A stretch of DNA of 63,558 nt, filler included, from Candidatus Tectimicrobiota bacterium (lineage in GTDB: Bacteria > JACPSX01), in NCBI GenBank assembly GCA_016193065.1. It is 9 parts of 9 records of this genome, joined end to end, with 100 filler letters (N's around TTAATTAATTAA, not from the genome) between each part and the next. Parts side by side here need not be neighbours in the genome. Positions count along the whole stretch, not along the records: positions 1 to 3,315 come from JACPSX010000209.1; positions 3,416 to 9,674 come from JACPSX010000068.1; positions 9,775 to 21,757 come from JACPSX010000187.1; 6 more parts are not named here. One strand, given 5' to 3'. Below are positions 1 through 10,817 of this stretch, in pieces (position 1 is the stretch's first letter; every line of letters starts with the position of its first letter). The notes under the pieces were generated by a model. That model was not told the origin of the DNA and did not search any database. It saw only the letters and a list, made by a program, of their open reading frames with translations. The translations under genes and the position numbers were made by a program.

Positions 1-420
1 CAGCCGCCATCTCGGCATGCGCTCTCTTGTCCATGGCGGCAATGCGATCGGGCACGTAGACCAGATGGCCATCGGCATCGCTGAATCGCAGAGCATAATG
101 CGACCAGAAATCCAATACGGTTAGCGAGGGCAGTCCGCTTTCGCGCGCCGCAGCGATAAACCGCTTCTCCAGACTCGGGTCGAACGAGCTTCCGGTCAAA
201 AGCAACGCCGCATCCGGGCTTTGCAATAAACGCTCCACCTCACTGGGAGTTATGTTGTCCGTCAGCTTCTGATGGGCGAGATCCCGCTTCGTCCACAGCG
301 CACACGCCTGCCGGTAAGCGAGCGCCTCCACGGTGACGCGCCCCTCGGCGCGCAAGGCCTCGATCACCGGCGCCACCGCGCTTGCGCCGCCCGCGTCGCC
401 GCATACGGCGAGGATGAGTG
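1..420 (-). CDS. N-terminal part of a surface-polysaccharide biosynthesis protein; start codon missing, runs off the window
   Basis: Manual translation gives LILAVCGDAGGASAVAPVIEALRAEG...LLLTGSSFDPSLEKRFIAAARESGLPSLTVLDFWSHY, a GT-B-like N-terminus, inside the neuB/spsF cluster. Confidence 0.6.
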
Positions 421-1347
421 AATGGCTAGAGCGTCGGCACCGGAGCAAGCCGGCTGGCTGCCGTCATTCACACAACGAACCAGATTCTCCACCGCGTGGA
501 GCAACCCGTAGTGCAGACCGCCCTCTAATTTCTCCTTCCGGGCGACTGTTTTGTACCCGGTAAAATACGGGTCCTCTACCAGCTCGTACACTTCGATGGT
601 GCGTCCCGATTCAATCACGCGCGCTCGTCCGCTCGCACCGATCAGATCCATCTCGAACAAGCTGAAAGCCGCCTCCTCACAGCCTTGCAAGTGTGCATTC
701 ACCCCGGAATCAAATTCCAAAAAAGCATCCAGAGTGGGGTCGTCCCCATCCTCTTTCAGGACGTCAACGCCCCGCACCCGTATGACCTCTCCGACCAGGA
801 AGCGTGCCAGGTCAAACCAATGCGTGCCGTTGTTGAAAGTCCCCTTCGTATAATAGCCGGCGATCGTTCGAATTTCCCCGATGCCGCCGGACTGAAGGAA
901 TTGCCTGAGGCGATTGTGGCCTTCCGCATAGCGGCGCAAATAATTCACCGCCAGCACAACGCCGTTTTCGGCCGCCACACGAACAATCTCGCTTGCCTCC
1001 TCCAGTTCCAACGTCAGGGGCTTTTCGGCCAATATGGCGCGCACACCAGGGGTTGCAAGTGCTGTGTGGATGATGCTGGAGTGAGTCGAAGCCGGTGTGC
1101 AGATACTGACAATGTCGGGATGTTGCTCGGCAAGCATCTGCTGTGGATCACAATATCGCGCCGCCACGCTCCAGCGCTCCCCGCAGCGCGCCACCTTGTC
1201 CGGATCCTTATCACAGACCGCCACCAGTCTGGTCTGCGGACAGGCCGCATACGCTCCGGCGTGGGAGTAAATACCCTTCACACGCGGAGCTTCGTCGTAC
1301 TCGCTCCCAATCCTGCCACAGCCAATCAGGGCAGCGCGGTAAATCAT
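364..1347 (-). CDS. Gfo/Idh/MocA family NAD(P)-dependent oxidoreductase; C-terminus probably aberrant
   Basis: GCGRIG Rossmann motif, AEKP motif, NGTHWFDL. Confidence 0.9.
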   Translation of the reverse strand: MIYRAALIGCGRIGSEYDEAPRVKGIYSHAGAYAACPQTRLVAVCDKDPDKVARCGERWSVAARYCDPQQMLAEQHPDIVSICTPASTHSSIIHTALATPGVRAILAEKPLTLELEEASEIVRVAAENGVVLAVNYLRRYAEGHNRLRQFLQSGGIGEIRTIAGYYTKGTFNNGTHWFDLARFLVGEVIRVRGVDVLKEDGDDPTLDAFLEFDSGVNAHLQGCEEAAFSLFEMDLIGASGRARVIESGRTIEVYELVEDPYFTGYKTVARKEKLEGGLHYGLLHAVENLVRCVNDGSQPACSGADALAIHSSSPYAATRAAQARWRR

Positions 1348-2096
1348 TCCCGGGCTTGCTTGGGTTGAATATGCCGATTGATTTCGATCAGCTCAGGTCT
1401 ACGCTCTATCAGATCCAAAATGTCATGGAGACCGAATGCCGGATTCCCGGGATACAACTCTGTAAAGATCCTGGTAATCAGCAGGAAATCTTCGCGCGTG
1501 TCCACCGTAAGCCGCAGATCCCAGTACTTTTCCGGAAGACCGCTTTCCACGTCATGCAGCGAGAACTCGTCCGGATGCTCCCAAATATAAATGGACACGT
1601 GTTCCCGGTCTACAGGGTCCTGGGTCAAGCGCGCTACTTTCTCCAACAGCTCGGTCGAGAATACCCGAACACCCATTCCGTCCGGATACGTTGACCGCAA
1701 TCGATTGGACACAAAATCGAATTGATTCGCCTGATAGGCGGCGACCACTTTATCAACCACGGCCGGATCGACCAATGGGCAATCGCCCGTGATCTCAACG
1801 ATGACACCGGCACTTGCAGCGTGGGCGGCTTGGAGCACGCGGTCCAATACGTCCTGTTCACTGCCGCGGTAACAGCCGATACCCAGCCGCTGCGTCAAGT
1901 GCTCGACCACATCATCGGCGGGGTTGCAGGTCGTCGCTATAACAAGCTGATCCAGCCCCCGGGCAAGCTTGAGCCGCTCGCTGAGCAATTCCAGCATCGG
2001 CTTGCCTAATATGGGCCGCATTATTTTGCCCGGAAGCCGGGTGGAGCTCACCCGAGCTTCAATGATACCCACTGTTTTAATTTCTTGGTCTCCCAT
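1344..2096 (-). CDS. spsF: SpsF-like cytidylyltransferase (CMP-nonulosonate synthetase family)
   Basis: IIEARVSSTRLPGK, RGSEQDVLDR, ITGDCPLVDP, LRLTVDTREDF; ATG at 2096. Confidence 0.88.
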   Translation of the reverse strand: MGDQEIKTVGIIEARVSSTRLPGKIMRPILGKPMLELLSERLKLARGLDQLVIATTCNPADDVVEHLTQRLGIGCYRGSEQDVLDRVLQAAHAASAGVIVEITGDCPLVDPAVVDKVVAAYQANQFDFVSNRLRSTYPDGMGVRVFSTELLEKVARLTQDPVDREHVSIYIWEHPDEFSLHDVESGLPEKYWDLRLTVDTREDFLLITRIFTELYPGNPAFGLHDILDLIERRPELIEINRHIQPKQARE

Positions 2097-3000
2097 GGGG
2101 CGACGGTCCAACCTCGGGACGCAGCCATATTCCGTTCGGGTCGTCCGTCGGCTCATATGTAACGCGGTGGTAAGGGCTCCGCCGAATCAGGGCCTGCCTG
2201 GCAAGCTCGGGCTCGCTCGGAAGCTTCTCGCCGGTGCCCAGCGCGAGCTCCAGGCACCTCACCTGTTTCACCATATCGGCAAATTCGTCCACGGTCGTGG
2301 CAAAAGAATGATCGGGGCCTGACGAGGATCTGTCAAAAGTGATGTGCTTCTCGATTACGGTCCCGCCCAACGCCACGGCGGCTACGGGCAGCAGGTTGCC
2401 CCGCGAATGATCCGAAATCCCCACCGGCAAGCCAAACGTCTCTTTCATCGTGACCATCGCCTTCAGGTTCATCTCATCCCACCGCGGCGGATAGTTGCTG
2501 ACGCAATGAAGTAATACGATTTCTCCGGCGCCCGATTTGACTAGGACGTTGATTGCCTCCTCGATCTCTCGCAGATAGCTGGCCCCCGTTGAAAGAAGAA
2601 TCCGTTTGCCGGTGCCTCCCACTGCCTCCAATAAAGGGAAAAACGTAACGTCGCCGGAACCGATCTTGTACGTTCGGACTCCAACCGCCTCCAACAGCTC
2701 CACTGCTTCGAGATAGAAGGGAGTGGAAATAAACTCGATACCTTCCTGGTCCGCCGTTCGCTTCAAGGCATGATGCCATTCATCAGCAAGCTCCAGGCTC
2801 CCGAATTCGCGGTAGACCGGGTTATCCACCCATCGCCCATCAGACAATATCTTGGGAGCGACCAGTCTATCCTTGCGAATCGTCTGGTATTTAATCGCAT
2901 CGGCGCCGCATTCCTTGCTCGCCTTCACATAAGATTGCGCCTTTTCCAGACTACCGTCATAGTTGGAACCCACTTCGGCGACTATCTCTACCGCACCCAT
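2077..3000 (-). CDS. neuB: N-acetylneuraminate/nonulosonic acid synthase (NeuB/SpsE family)
   Basis: AEVGSNYDG, YKIGSGD, LLHCVSNYP, GISDHS, IEKHITFD. Confidence 0.92.
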   Translation of the reverse strand: MGAVEIVAEVGSNYDGSLEKAQSYVKASKECGADAIKYQTIRKDRLVAPKILSDGRWVDNPVYREFGSLELADEWHHALKRTADQEGIEFISTPFYLEAVELLEAVGVRTYKIGSGDVTFFPLLEAVGGTGKRILLSTGASYLREIEEAINVLVKSGAGEIVLLHCVSNYPPRWDEMNLKAMVTMKETFGLPVGISDHSRGNLLPVAAVALGGTVIEKHITFDRSSSGPDHSFATTVDEFADMVKQVRCLELALGTGEKLPSEPELARQALIRRSPYHRVTYEPTDDPNGIWLRPEVGPSPHGRPRN

Positions 3001-3044
3001 CGGCTGGCTCCGTCTGAAAGCAACTCTTCTCGCTCCTCCACAAC

Positions 3045-3315
3045 CTATTCCCTTATTAGGACGACAATAGGTCTGGCTTCCGTGTCACCATCCTTGATAT
3101 CCAGATATGAGGATGACACGATACGTATTTTGTCCGTCAGCAACGGTTCCAGTGCGATACCGGAATCCTCTTTTCGTTCGGATTGGTGACCCTCATAAAC
3201 CAACATGCGCCAAGGTATCCTTTTAAGACTATGTAACAGCCCTATATGCTCACGAACAGAAAAATAAAAAACGACCGCTTCGCTCAGTGTCGGCCTCAGG
3301 TGTAGAGGTATCTCC
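3045..3315 (-). CDS. C-terminal fragment of a hypothetical protein, truncated by contig end
   Basis: Open frame EIPLHLRPTLSEAVVFYFSVREH...RPIVVLIRE* ending about 45 nt before neuB. Confidence 0.5.
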
Positions 3316-3415
3316 NNNNNNNNNNNNNNNNNNNNNNNNNNNNNNNNNNNNNNNNNNNNTTAATTAATTAANNNNNNNNNNNNNNNNNNNNNNNNNNNNN
3401 NNNNNNNNNNNNNNN
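3316..3415. other. Artificial contig spacer; identical spacers at 9675-9774, 21758-21857, 32489-32588, 39443-39542, 44453-44552, 50020-50119 and 53785-53884, plus a plain N gap at 12439-12470
   Basis: 100-nt blocks of N with a central TTAATTAATTAA, which gives stops in all six frames. Confidence 0.98.
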
Positions 3416-3612
3416 CGGTGAAGCTGGTCTCGGCTGCCCGCTCTCCGAATCAGTTCATCCTGGAAGGCAAGTTTGTGGATCTCCTGGATCCAGCTCTGGC
3501 CAAGATCGACCAGTTCCTTGAGCTCAATCAGAGAATCCAGCAGGCCGTCGCGTCCCCATCCGCAACCCCGGATGTCCCGACGGAAGGTGAGAAAGCCGGC
3601 TCCTCATCGTAA
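3416..3612 (+). CDS. C-terminal fragment of a hypothetical protein
   Basis: Open from the contig start, GC-type codon usage, converges on mnmA. Confidence 0.5.
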
Positions 3613-4686
3613 GATCGTCTGGATCCAGCCCCCGCCCAGGATCTCGTCCCCCTCATAGAAGACCGCGGCCTGGCCGGGCGTGATGGCACGCTGTGGAGTG
3701 TGGAAGGAGACCGTCACCTCGTCGGATCCGGGGCCGGAGCGCAGGATGGCGGGCGATCCCCCGTGACGGTGACGGATCTGAACGCTTGCTTCCCGCTCTC
3801 CGTCCAGCTCCGGGATCAGCATCCATCGCACCTGATCCACGACGCAGACGCTGTGCAGGAGTTCTTCGTTTTTCCCAACCACGAGCCGGTTTCGGTTCGA
3901 GTCAATTTCCAGGACATATAGAGGATCCCGAGAGCTCACCTGCAATCCCCGGCGCTGGCCGACCGTGTAGTAGGGATAGCCCCGGTGCCTGCCCAGCACC
4001 TTCCCATCAGAATCCACAATGTCCCCGGCACGGTCTGCCGCTTCGGGGGCGCGCTGGCGCACGAACTCCGCATAATCGTCGTCCGGTATGAAACAGATCT
4101 CCTGACTCTCGGGCTTGTTCGCCACCGGCAGTCGGTGTCTTGCAGCGGCAGCCCGCACTTCCTCCTTCGTAAATTCCCCAATCGGGAAAAGTGTGTGTGC
4201 CAACTGTTCCTGGGAAAGGTTGAAGAGAAAATAGCTCTGGTCCTTGGCCCGGTCCCGTCCTCGGGCCACCCGCAGGCGATCTCCATCCCCCCCCAGCAGA
4301 CGGGCGTAGTGCCCCGTGGCGACTTTGTCGGCGCCGAGCATCCGGGCCCGCAACAGGAGCGTGTCGAACTTCACCTTCTGGTTGCACACCACGCAGGGGT
4401 TCGGGGTGCGCCCCCGCAGGTACTCGGCGACGAAGTAGTTCACCACCTCGCTCTCAAAGTGCTCCTCAAAGTTCAGAAGGTAGTGGGGGATGCCGAGATT
4501 GTGGGCCACCTGGCGGGCGTCCGCCAGATCCCGGGGGGAGCAGCACGAGCCGAACGTCCGGTCCGCGTTGTGGTCCCAGGTCTGCATGGAAATGCCGATT
4601 ACCTCGCACCCCTGCTCCACCAGCAAGGCCGCGGCCACGGAACTGTCCACCCCGCCGCTCATGGCTACCACAATTCTCTCGCCCAA
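3604..4686 (-). CDS. mnmA: tRNA 2-thiouridine(34) synthase MnmA
   Basis: AMSGGVDSS, TPNPCVVCN, ATGHYA, KDQSYFL, ESQEICF, TPGQAAVFY. Confidence 0.98.
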   Translation of the reverse strand: MGERIVVAMSGGVDSSVAAALLVEQGCEVIGISMQTWDHNADRTFGSCCSPRDLADARQVAHNLGIPHYLLNFEEHFESEVVNYFVAEYLRGRTPNPCVVCNQKVKFDTLLLRARMLGADKVATGHYARLLGGDGDRLRVARGRDRAKDQSYFLFNLSQEQLAHTLFPIGEFTKEEVRAAAARHRLPVANKPESQEICFIPDDDYAEFVRQRAPEAADRAGDIVDSDGKVLGRHRGYPYYTVGQRRGLQVSSRDPLYVLEIDSNRNRLVVGKNEELLHSVCVVDQVRWMLIPELDGEREASVQIRHRHGGSPAILRSGPGSDEVTVSFHTPQRAITPGQAAVFYEGDEILGGGWIQTILR

Positions 4687-4722
4687 GGGTAGCTCCCTTT
4701 CCTAAAAAATTGCCTTGTGCAC

Positions 4723-4867
4723 CCCCACCCTTCCCCCCCCCATCGGAGACTGTGTCATAAGTCCGTTCATGGTGCGACAAGCTCACCACGAACGGACGAC
4801 GACACACGGAAATCCAACCACTTACCCCCCGGGTACCCTCTGGGTGCGGGAGGGATGGGTGAGGGTG
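4723..4867. repeat. Composite REP hairpin holding a truncated GAGACTGTGTC MITE (from 4746) and a GGGTACCC micro-palindrome
   Basis: GAGACTGTGTCATAAGTCCGTTCATGGT is shared with 44270 and, reversed, with 43281; C-rich and G-rich arms flank it. Confidence 0.8.
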
Positions 4868-5061
4868 TTTTCGGCCCCGCCATGCGCTCCTCTTGCCCCC
4901 CGGGGCTTAAGCAGGACTTTTTTTGACCCTCCCAGAGGACAGCGGGCACCAAAAACGGTACCATCTCCCCGCCGGGCCCGCAACTCATTTCCGGGCGGCA
5001 AAGTGCCGATAAGTGTTAACAGAATCAGGAACCTGGGGAACCGGCCGGGTAGGAAGCGGCG

Positions 5062-5090
5062 TTGACATTCCCCCCCCTCACCCCTATAAT
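5062..5090 (+). promoter_or_regulatory. Consensus sigma70 promoter of the DUF4921-galT-GH57 operon
   Basis: TTGACA-17 bp-TATAAT, 24 nt before ATG 5115. Confidence 0.85.
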
Positions 5091-5114
5091 TCGTTCCCCA
5101 AACGGGAGACCGAA

Positions 5115-6434
5115 ATGAATGTTGGGAGTCAGCTCGTCATTACCATGGCCGACGGGACCGTCAAGCAGACGAATCCCCTGACCGGCCACGAGGCCTGGTT
5201 TGTTCCGGGCCGCTCCACGCGCCCCATGATCAATGAAATCCCCAAGACCGCCAAGCCGCTGGAACGTCACAGCCCGGAGGATTACTGCAACTTTTGCGAG
5301 GCCAACTATCTTCAGACCCCTCCGGAAAAAGAACGGCTGGTGGCCGTCAACGGGAGGTACGAGGTTCGCGAGCATGTGCCTCCAGATCAGTTACATTCCG
5401 AACGCCCCTTGTGCCGGCGCATTGGAAACCTCTTCGAGATCGTCACCATCGACTACTGGCAGAAAAACTACAGCTACCGCCTCTCGGAAAAAACAGCCCG
5501 CTGGAAAGGGGAGTACCTGTCCCGGGAGGACGGCCTCAAGCACGTCATCAGCATGGTGGATTACAAACTGCGCCTGGCCAAGAAGTCCGAGGAAGAAATC
5601 GCCAACTCGCCCATCGGTCAGAAGGTGAAACTGGCGGACGCGTTTTTCGGAGGGGGGCACGATCTGATCGTTTTCGGTCGCCACTACTCTCCCGAGGCCC
5701 AGTACGACTCTCAGATCTGCTCCTCCGGAGAGATGACCCAGGAAGAGCACTTCCAGTACATTTTGTTTACGACCCGGGAGATTCAAGACATTCTGGACAA
5801 TAACCGCTACGTCCGCTACGTGATCACCTTCCAGAACTGGCGCATGGCGGCCGGGGCTTCTTTCGACCACCTGCACAAGCAGCTTGTGGCCCTCGACGAG
5901 TGGGGCACCTTCCTCGATCGTGAGGTCGAACTGGTCGTCAAGAACCCGAACATATACAACGAGCTGGTCGCGAACTTTGCGGGCTACTCGAACCGGGTCA
6001 TCGCCGAAAACGACCATGCCATCCTGTTCGGCGATATCGGCCACCGCTTCCCCACCCTGGCCGTCTATTCCAAGAGCCCCCATGTCAGGCCCATGGAGCA
6101 CGAGCCCGAGGAGATCCGGGGAGTCAGTGATCTGATCCACGCCGCCCACATGGCCATGGGCAGCACGATCCCGTGCAACGAAGAGTGGTACTACGCGCCC
6201 CGGGACTGCCCCGTAAAGATCCCCTGGCACATTCTGATCAAGTGGAGGATCAACACGCCGGCGGGCTTTGAAGGGGGCACGAACATTCACATCAACCCCC
6301 TCGACCCGCTCTATCTCAGGGATCTCATCGTGCCCCGGCTCTACGATTTGAGGGACAAGAAAATCATCGACGGCTTCAAAATCGCCGAGGAGTGTGCCCT
6401 GCTCCCGAATTCCCTGAGGTATAACCAGTCCTGA
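5115..6434 (+). CDS. DUF4921 family protein (GalT/HIT-like)
   Basis: MADGTVKQTNPLTGHEAWFVPGR N-terminus; FQNWRMAAGASFDHLHKQL HIT-like motif. Confidence 0.85.
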   Translation: MNVGSQLVITMADGTVKQTNPLTGHEAWFVPGRSTRPMINEIPKTAKPLERHSPEDYCNFCEANYLQTPPEKERLVAVNGRYEVREHVPPDQLHSERPLCRRIGNLFEIVTIDYWQKNYSYRLSEKTARWKGEYLSREDGLKHVISMVDYKLRLAKKSEEEIANSPIGQKVKLADAFFGGGHDLIVFGRHYSPEAQYDSQICSSGEMTQEEHFQYILFTTREIQDILDNNRYVRYVITFQNWRMAAGASFDHLHKQLVALDEWGTFLDREVELVVKNPNIYNELVANFAGYSNRVIAENDHAILFGDIGHRFPTLAVYSKSPHVRPMEHEPEEIRGVSDLIHAAHMAMGSTIPCNEEWYYAPRDCPVKIPWHILIKWRINTPAGFEGGTNIHINPLDPLYLRDLIVPRLYDLRDKKIIDGFKIAEECALLPNSLRYNQS

Positions 6435-6482
6435 TGGTTCTTGGGGTCAAGAAGGCCGGGTGAGGAGGCTGGAGGAGATCGA

Positions 6483-7499
6483 ATGTCCGAGATGCGCAAG
6501 GATCCCATTACGAACCGCTGGGTCATCGTCCGCACCGAATCCGGCGCCGGCCCCAGCACGATGATGCCCCCTCCGGAAGATCCCGAACCCGCCGTGTGCC
6601 CCTTTTGCGAGGGGAACGAACACATGACGCCGCCCGAAATCTTCGCCCTGCGGAACATAGGCACTTCCCCCAACGGGAAGGGGTGGCAGGTTCGGGTGGT
6701 CGCCAACCGCTTCCCCGTGCTGGGAATCGAGGGGGGGAAAGAGGGACAAGGGCTTTTCGACAAGATGAACGGCATCGGCGCCCACGCGATGATCATCGAA
6801 TCCCCGGCCCACGGGGCCGGCCTGAACACCCACGGGAGGGAGGTCCTCACCCGGATCCTGGAGGTCTATCGACTGCGCATGCTGGATCTCATACGGGATC
6901 TGCGCTTCCACTATATCCTGGTCTTCCGCAACGAGGGACACGAGGCCGGCGGGCACTTGCGCCACCCGCACTCCCAGATGGTGGCCACTCCAGTCACGCC
7001 GCGGGAAGTCAAGTCCGAGCTGCAAGGGGCCCGCGATTATTTTCTCTACAAAGACCGCTGCATTTTTTGCGACATGATCCGGGCGGAAAAAGAAGACGGA
7101 CGCCGGGTGGTCTGGGAAAACCGGGATTATGTCAGCTTCTGCCCCTTTGCGTCCCGTTCCCCCTTTGAGATGTGGATCCTCCCCAAGGAGCATTCCCCCG
7201 ACTTCTACCGGCTGTCCAGTGAAGGGCTGGCGGGGATGGCCGAGGTTCTCGACCAGTCGATGAAGAGGCTGGCGGGCGCCCTTAACCGTCCCCAGTACAA
7301 CATGGTCCTGCACTCGGGCCCCAACCGCCGGGAGCGCCGCGACTACTGGCAGACAATCGACCATGACTTCCACTGGCACATGGAAATCATCCCCCGGTTC
7401 ACCCCCTATTCCGGGTTCGAGTGGGGCACGGGGTTCTTCATCAACCCAACCCCCCCCGAGGAGTCCGCCGCATTCCTGCGTGAGCTGAAGATTCCATGA
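6483..7499 (+). CDS. galT: Galactose-1-phosphate uridylyltransferase family protein
   Basis: MSEMRKDPITNRWVI, CPFCEGNE, HPHSQ catalytic motif, HWHMEIIPR, GFEWGTG. Confidence 0.92.
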   Translation: MSEMRKDPITNRWVIVRTESGAGPSTMMPPPEDPEPAVCPFCEGNEHMTPPEIFALRNIGTSPNGKGWQVRVVANRFPVLGIEGGKEGQGLFDKMNGIGAHAMIIESPAHGAGLNTHGREVLTRILEVYRLRMLDLIRDLRFHYILVFRNEGHEAGGHLRHPHSQMVATPVTPREVKSELQGARDYFLYKDRCIFCDMIRAEKEDGRRVVWENRDYVSFCPFASRSPFEMWILPKEHSPDFYRLSSEGLAGMAEVLDQSMKRLAGALNRPQYNMVLHSGPNRRERRDYWQTIDHDFHWHMEIIPRFTPYSGFEWGTGFFINPTPPEESAAFLRELKIP

Positions 7500-9594
7500 G
7501 CCCCCTCGCGGTGGCGTTCGTGTGGCACATGCATCAACCCTACTACACGGACCCCGTCTCCCGGACCGCTTTGCTCCCCTGGGCCCGCCTGCACAGCACC
7601 CGCAGCTACTATGACATGGCTTCCCTGCTGGAAGAGTTCGCGGACGTCCGAGTCACCTTCAATCTGGTCCCCTCTCTCCTCCGGCAGATCGAGCAATATT
7701 CCCGCCAGGAGATCCATGATCCGTTCCGGGACGTGGCCGAGATTCCGGCTTCCGACCTCGAGATCCGGCACAAGATCTTTCTCCTGCGCTTTTTCTTTTA
7801 CGCCAACCGGGAGACCATGGTCGACCCCTACCCGCGCTACCGGGAGCTGCTGAGCCAGCGGGGCCGGCATCATCAGGAGAAGGAAGTGGAAAGCCGGATC
7901 CGTGAGTTTTCCGTCCAGGACTACCGGGACCTGCAGGTCTGGTTTAACCTGACCTGGATGGGTTTTCAGGCCAGAAAAAAGATCCCGGAGCTGAACGACC
8001 TTTTCGAGAAGGGCGCCAGGTTCTCCGAGGAGGACAAACGTCTGGTCCTGGAAGCCCAGGATCGCATCGTTGCCGAAGTGATCCCCCTCTACCGGAAGCT
8101 TGCCGACCAGGGCCGGATCGAACTCACCACGAGTCCCTTCTACCATCCCATCCTCCCCCTGCTCATCGACACCGGAAGCGCCCGCCGGGCCCTGCTCAAC
8201 CTCCCGCTTCCCGCACCTTTTCGATACCCGCAGGACGCGGAGGCCCAGATCCGGCGCGCCGTCCAATTCCACCAGGATCTCTTCGGAAAACCGCCCCGGG
8301 GTCTGTGGCCTTCAGAAGGCTCCGTGTGTCCGGAATTGATCCCCATCCTGACCGAGGCGGGGCTGCAGTGGACGGCCACCGACGAGGAGATCCTCATCCA
8401 CTCCCTGGGAGCGGGAAGGTACCGGTCCGAGTCTCTCTACCAGCCCTATCGGGTCAGCCACCAGGGGCGGGAGATCTCTATCATTTTTCGGGATAAAACT
8501 CTCTCGAACCTCATCAGCTTCAGCTACTCCCGGCGGCCTTCCAGAGATGCTGCCGCAGATCTTCGCAATCATCTCCAGGGCATCGAAAGCCGCCTGGGAT
8601 CCGCGGAGCACCCCCCCCTGTGCGCCATCATCCTGGACGGCGAGAACCCCTGGGAGTACTACCCGGGAGGCGGGGAAGAATTCCTTCGCCTAGTCTACAG
8701 CTCCCTCACCGGCAATCTGAGGACCACCACGGTGAGTGCCTACCTCGAGCAATATCCGGCTCAGGAAACTCTCCCCACCCTGTTCACAGGCTCCTGGATC
8801 GGGCCCGCCAGGATCTAGGCGCTCTCAAGCCTTCCGCAGGGGATGACCAGTCCCAGGAAGCCTGGCAGGAGATCTATAGGGCCGAAGGGAGTGATTGGTT
8901 CTGGTGGTTTGGAGACGATTTCCAGTCGGAGCAAAAACCCGAGTTTGACCGGATCTTCCGCCTCCACCTGCAAAATGCCTATCGACTGGCCGGCGCCGAG
9001 GTCCCCGCCGAGCTCCTGACCCCCGTCCGGCAGAGGGAAGCCGCAGCCTGGGAGCGCGGTCAGAGCGGTTTCATTTCCCCCGTCATCAGCGGTTCTCTGA
9101 CGCACTTTTACGAATGGCAGGGGGCCGTCCACTTCAATCCAGCCACGGCTTCGGGAACCATGGTCACCGGCGCGCTGGCCATCGACGCCATTTACTACGG
9201 CCAGGACCGGGGAAATTTCTATCTGCGGTTCGACCCACATCTTCCGTTTGACTCGCAGCACAATCAAGACCTGGAACTGAGCTTGAGGTTCCTAAATCCA
9301 GCCGGATACTCTGTGACCGTTCCCCTGGACAGTACGGGCCCCAAGAGCTATACCGTGTACCGCAAAAAGGGCGAAGAGAAAAAAGAGCCCTCAGGATCCT
9401 TCTCCCTTTGCCACCTGGGTGAGATCGGCGAGATGGCGATCCCCCTGGATATCCTCCAGGCCCGGATCGGTGAGACGCTGCGTTTCATCATCCAGATACG
9501 CCGGGGCTCTGCGCTGCTGGAAACCTACCCCTTCCAGGGGGTGTTCTCGTTGCTCTTGCAACCCGAGAACGAGAGAATCTGGTGGGGGGTTTAA
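7496..9594 (+). pseudogene. Glycoside hydrolase family 57 (amylopullulanase-like), split by a deletion/frameshift near 8800
   Basis: WHMHQP, WPSEGSV, LDGENPWE and GSWI lie in the 7496 frame; AEGSDWFWW lies in the second frame ending at 9594. Confidence 0.85.
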
Positions 9595-9774
9595 TGTCAA
9601 CGGTACACCTCCTCCTGGCGATCCATTGTCACCAACCCGTCGGCAATTTCCCTGAAGTTTTCGAGAGGGCCTACNNNNNNNNNNNNNNNNNNNNNNNNNN
9701 NNNNNNNNNNNNNNNNNNTTAATTAATTAANNNNNNNNNNNNNNNNNNNNNNNNNNNNNNNNNNNNNNNNNNNN

Positions 9775-10817
9775 CCTATGTTGTTGTTCTTGATGCTGTT
9801 GTTGTTGCTGGCCCACAGCCGTATGCCGCTCCCGGTGTTGGAGTTGGTGGTGTTCCCATCGATGGTGTTGTTGTGGGAGCCCACCAGGTAGATCCCGTAG
9901 CGAGTGTAGAGGCCGTTGTTGCTCGCCGTGTTGTTCGTGATGGTGTTGTTGTTGGCGTCGGCCCAGAGGACAATGCCGCTCCCCCGGTTATTCGTGGACG
10001 CGTTGCCGTTCTCCGTGTTGTTGCTGGAGCCACCGAAGAGGTATATACCGTCCTGGGCGTTGGAGGAGGTGGCGTTGCCGCTCAAAGTGCTGTTGCTACA
10101 CCCGTTGAGCTCGATTCCGAAGACGCCATTGGAGCTGACGGTGTTGTTGGCCACGGTCAGACCGGTGCAGCCCGAAAGATACATCCCCCTGTCGCTGTTG
10201 CTGTTTATGGTGTTCCCGGTGATGACGTTGCCCGAACCGCCGATAGAAATACCGCTGCCGTTGGTAGTCGACGAGATGACGTTGCCGCTTATCGTATTGT
10301 TGTTGGTGGTGAAGACGCCTTGGATACCGTTGTAGTAGCTGCTGGTGATGGTGTTGCCGCTCAGGGTGTTGCCGTTGGTGTATATAAGCCAGATGCCGCG
10401 GGCGGAGCCCGTGATGGTGTTGTTCTGGATGGTGTGGTTACCCGGCGACGAGGGGTAACTTCCACTAATGTTGATGGCAGCGTCGAGGCTGCCAACGGCA
10501 CCCCATCCCGTAAGGGTGAGATTCTTCACCGTTACACCCTGCACGCTCGACCCGTATGGGATGACAACCCCGTTTCCGAAACCGGGGCCAATGAGCTTGT
10601 ACCCGGCCCCGTCCAGGGTTATGTTGCTGGCACCAATCGTCAGCCCGGGCGCGCTGGCGCAGACGAGGTCGTGGGTAAGGGTAGTGTTCGCGGTGATGGT
10701 AGTGCCACAGGCTATGTCCGAGCCGTAGGCCACCTCTGCCTTGGCCAGCGCCAGCAGGCCTGTTAGGAGCAGGAACCCTACTAGCAATAAGCCAGCCATT
10801 TTCCTTACGCTTTTCAT
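9775..10817 (-). CDS. Secreted right-handed parallel beta-helix (NosD/CASH-like) repeat protein, 3' truncated
   Basis: Signal peptide MKSVRKMAGLLLVGFLLL, repeated NTIxxN-GIxL motifs, RBS AGGAGG. Confidence 0.85.

Noticed and set aside
3360-3371. TTAATTAATTAA repeated eight times between N-runs
   Set aside because: Artificial contig-joining spacer, not biological; adjacency across it is meaningless
5036-5061. CCGGGTAGGAAGCGGC resembling the SRP RNA helix 8 motif
   Set aside because: The stem around the tetraloop does not pair and there is no long flanking helix; it is just sequence upstream of a -35 box
4466-5065. ORFs containing PFVVSLSHHER or SPFMVRQAHHER, and similar ORFs at 32537-32952, 42915-43330 and 44086-44508
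   Set aside because: Translations of palindromic repeats, not genes
9775-10460. GTT-rich quasi-repeats
   Set aside because: Explained by Asn-rich beta-helix coding repeats on the minus strand
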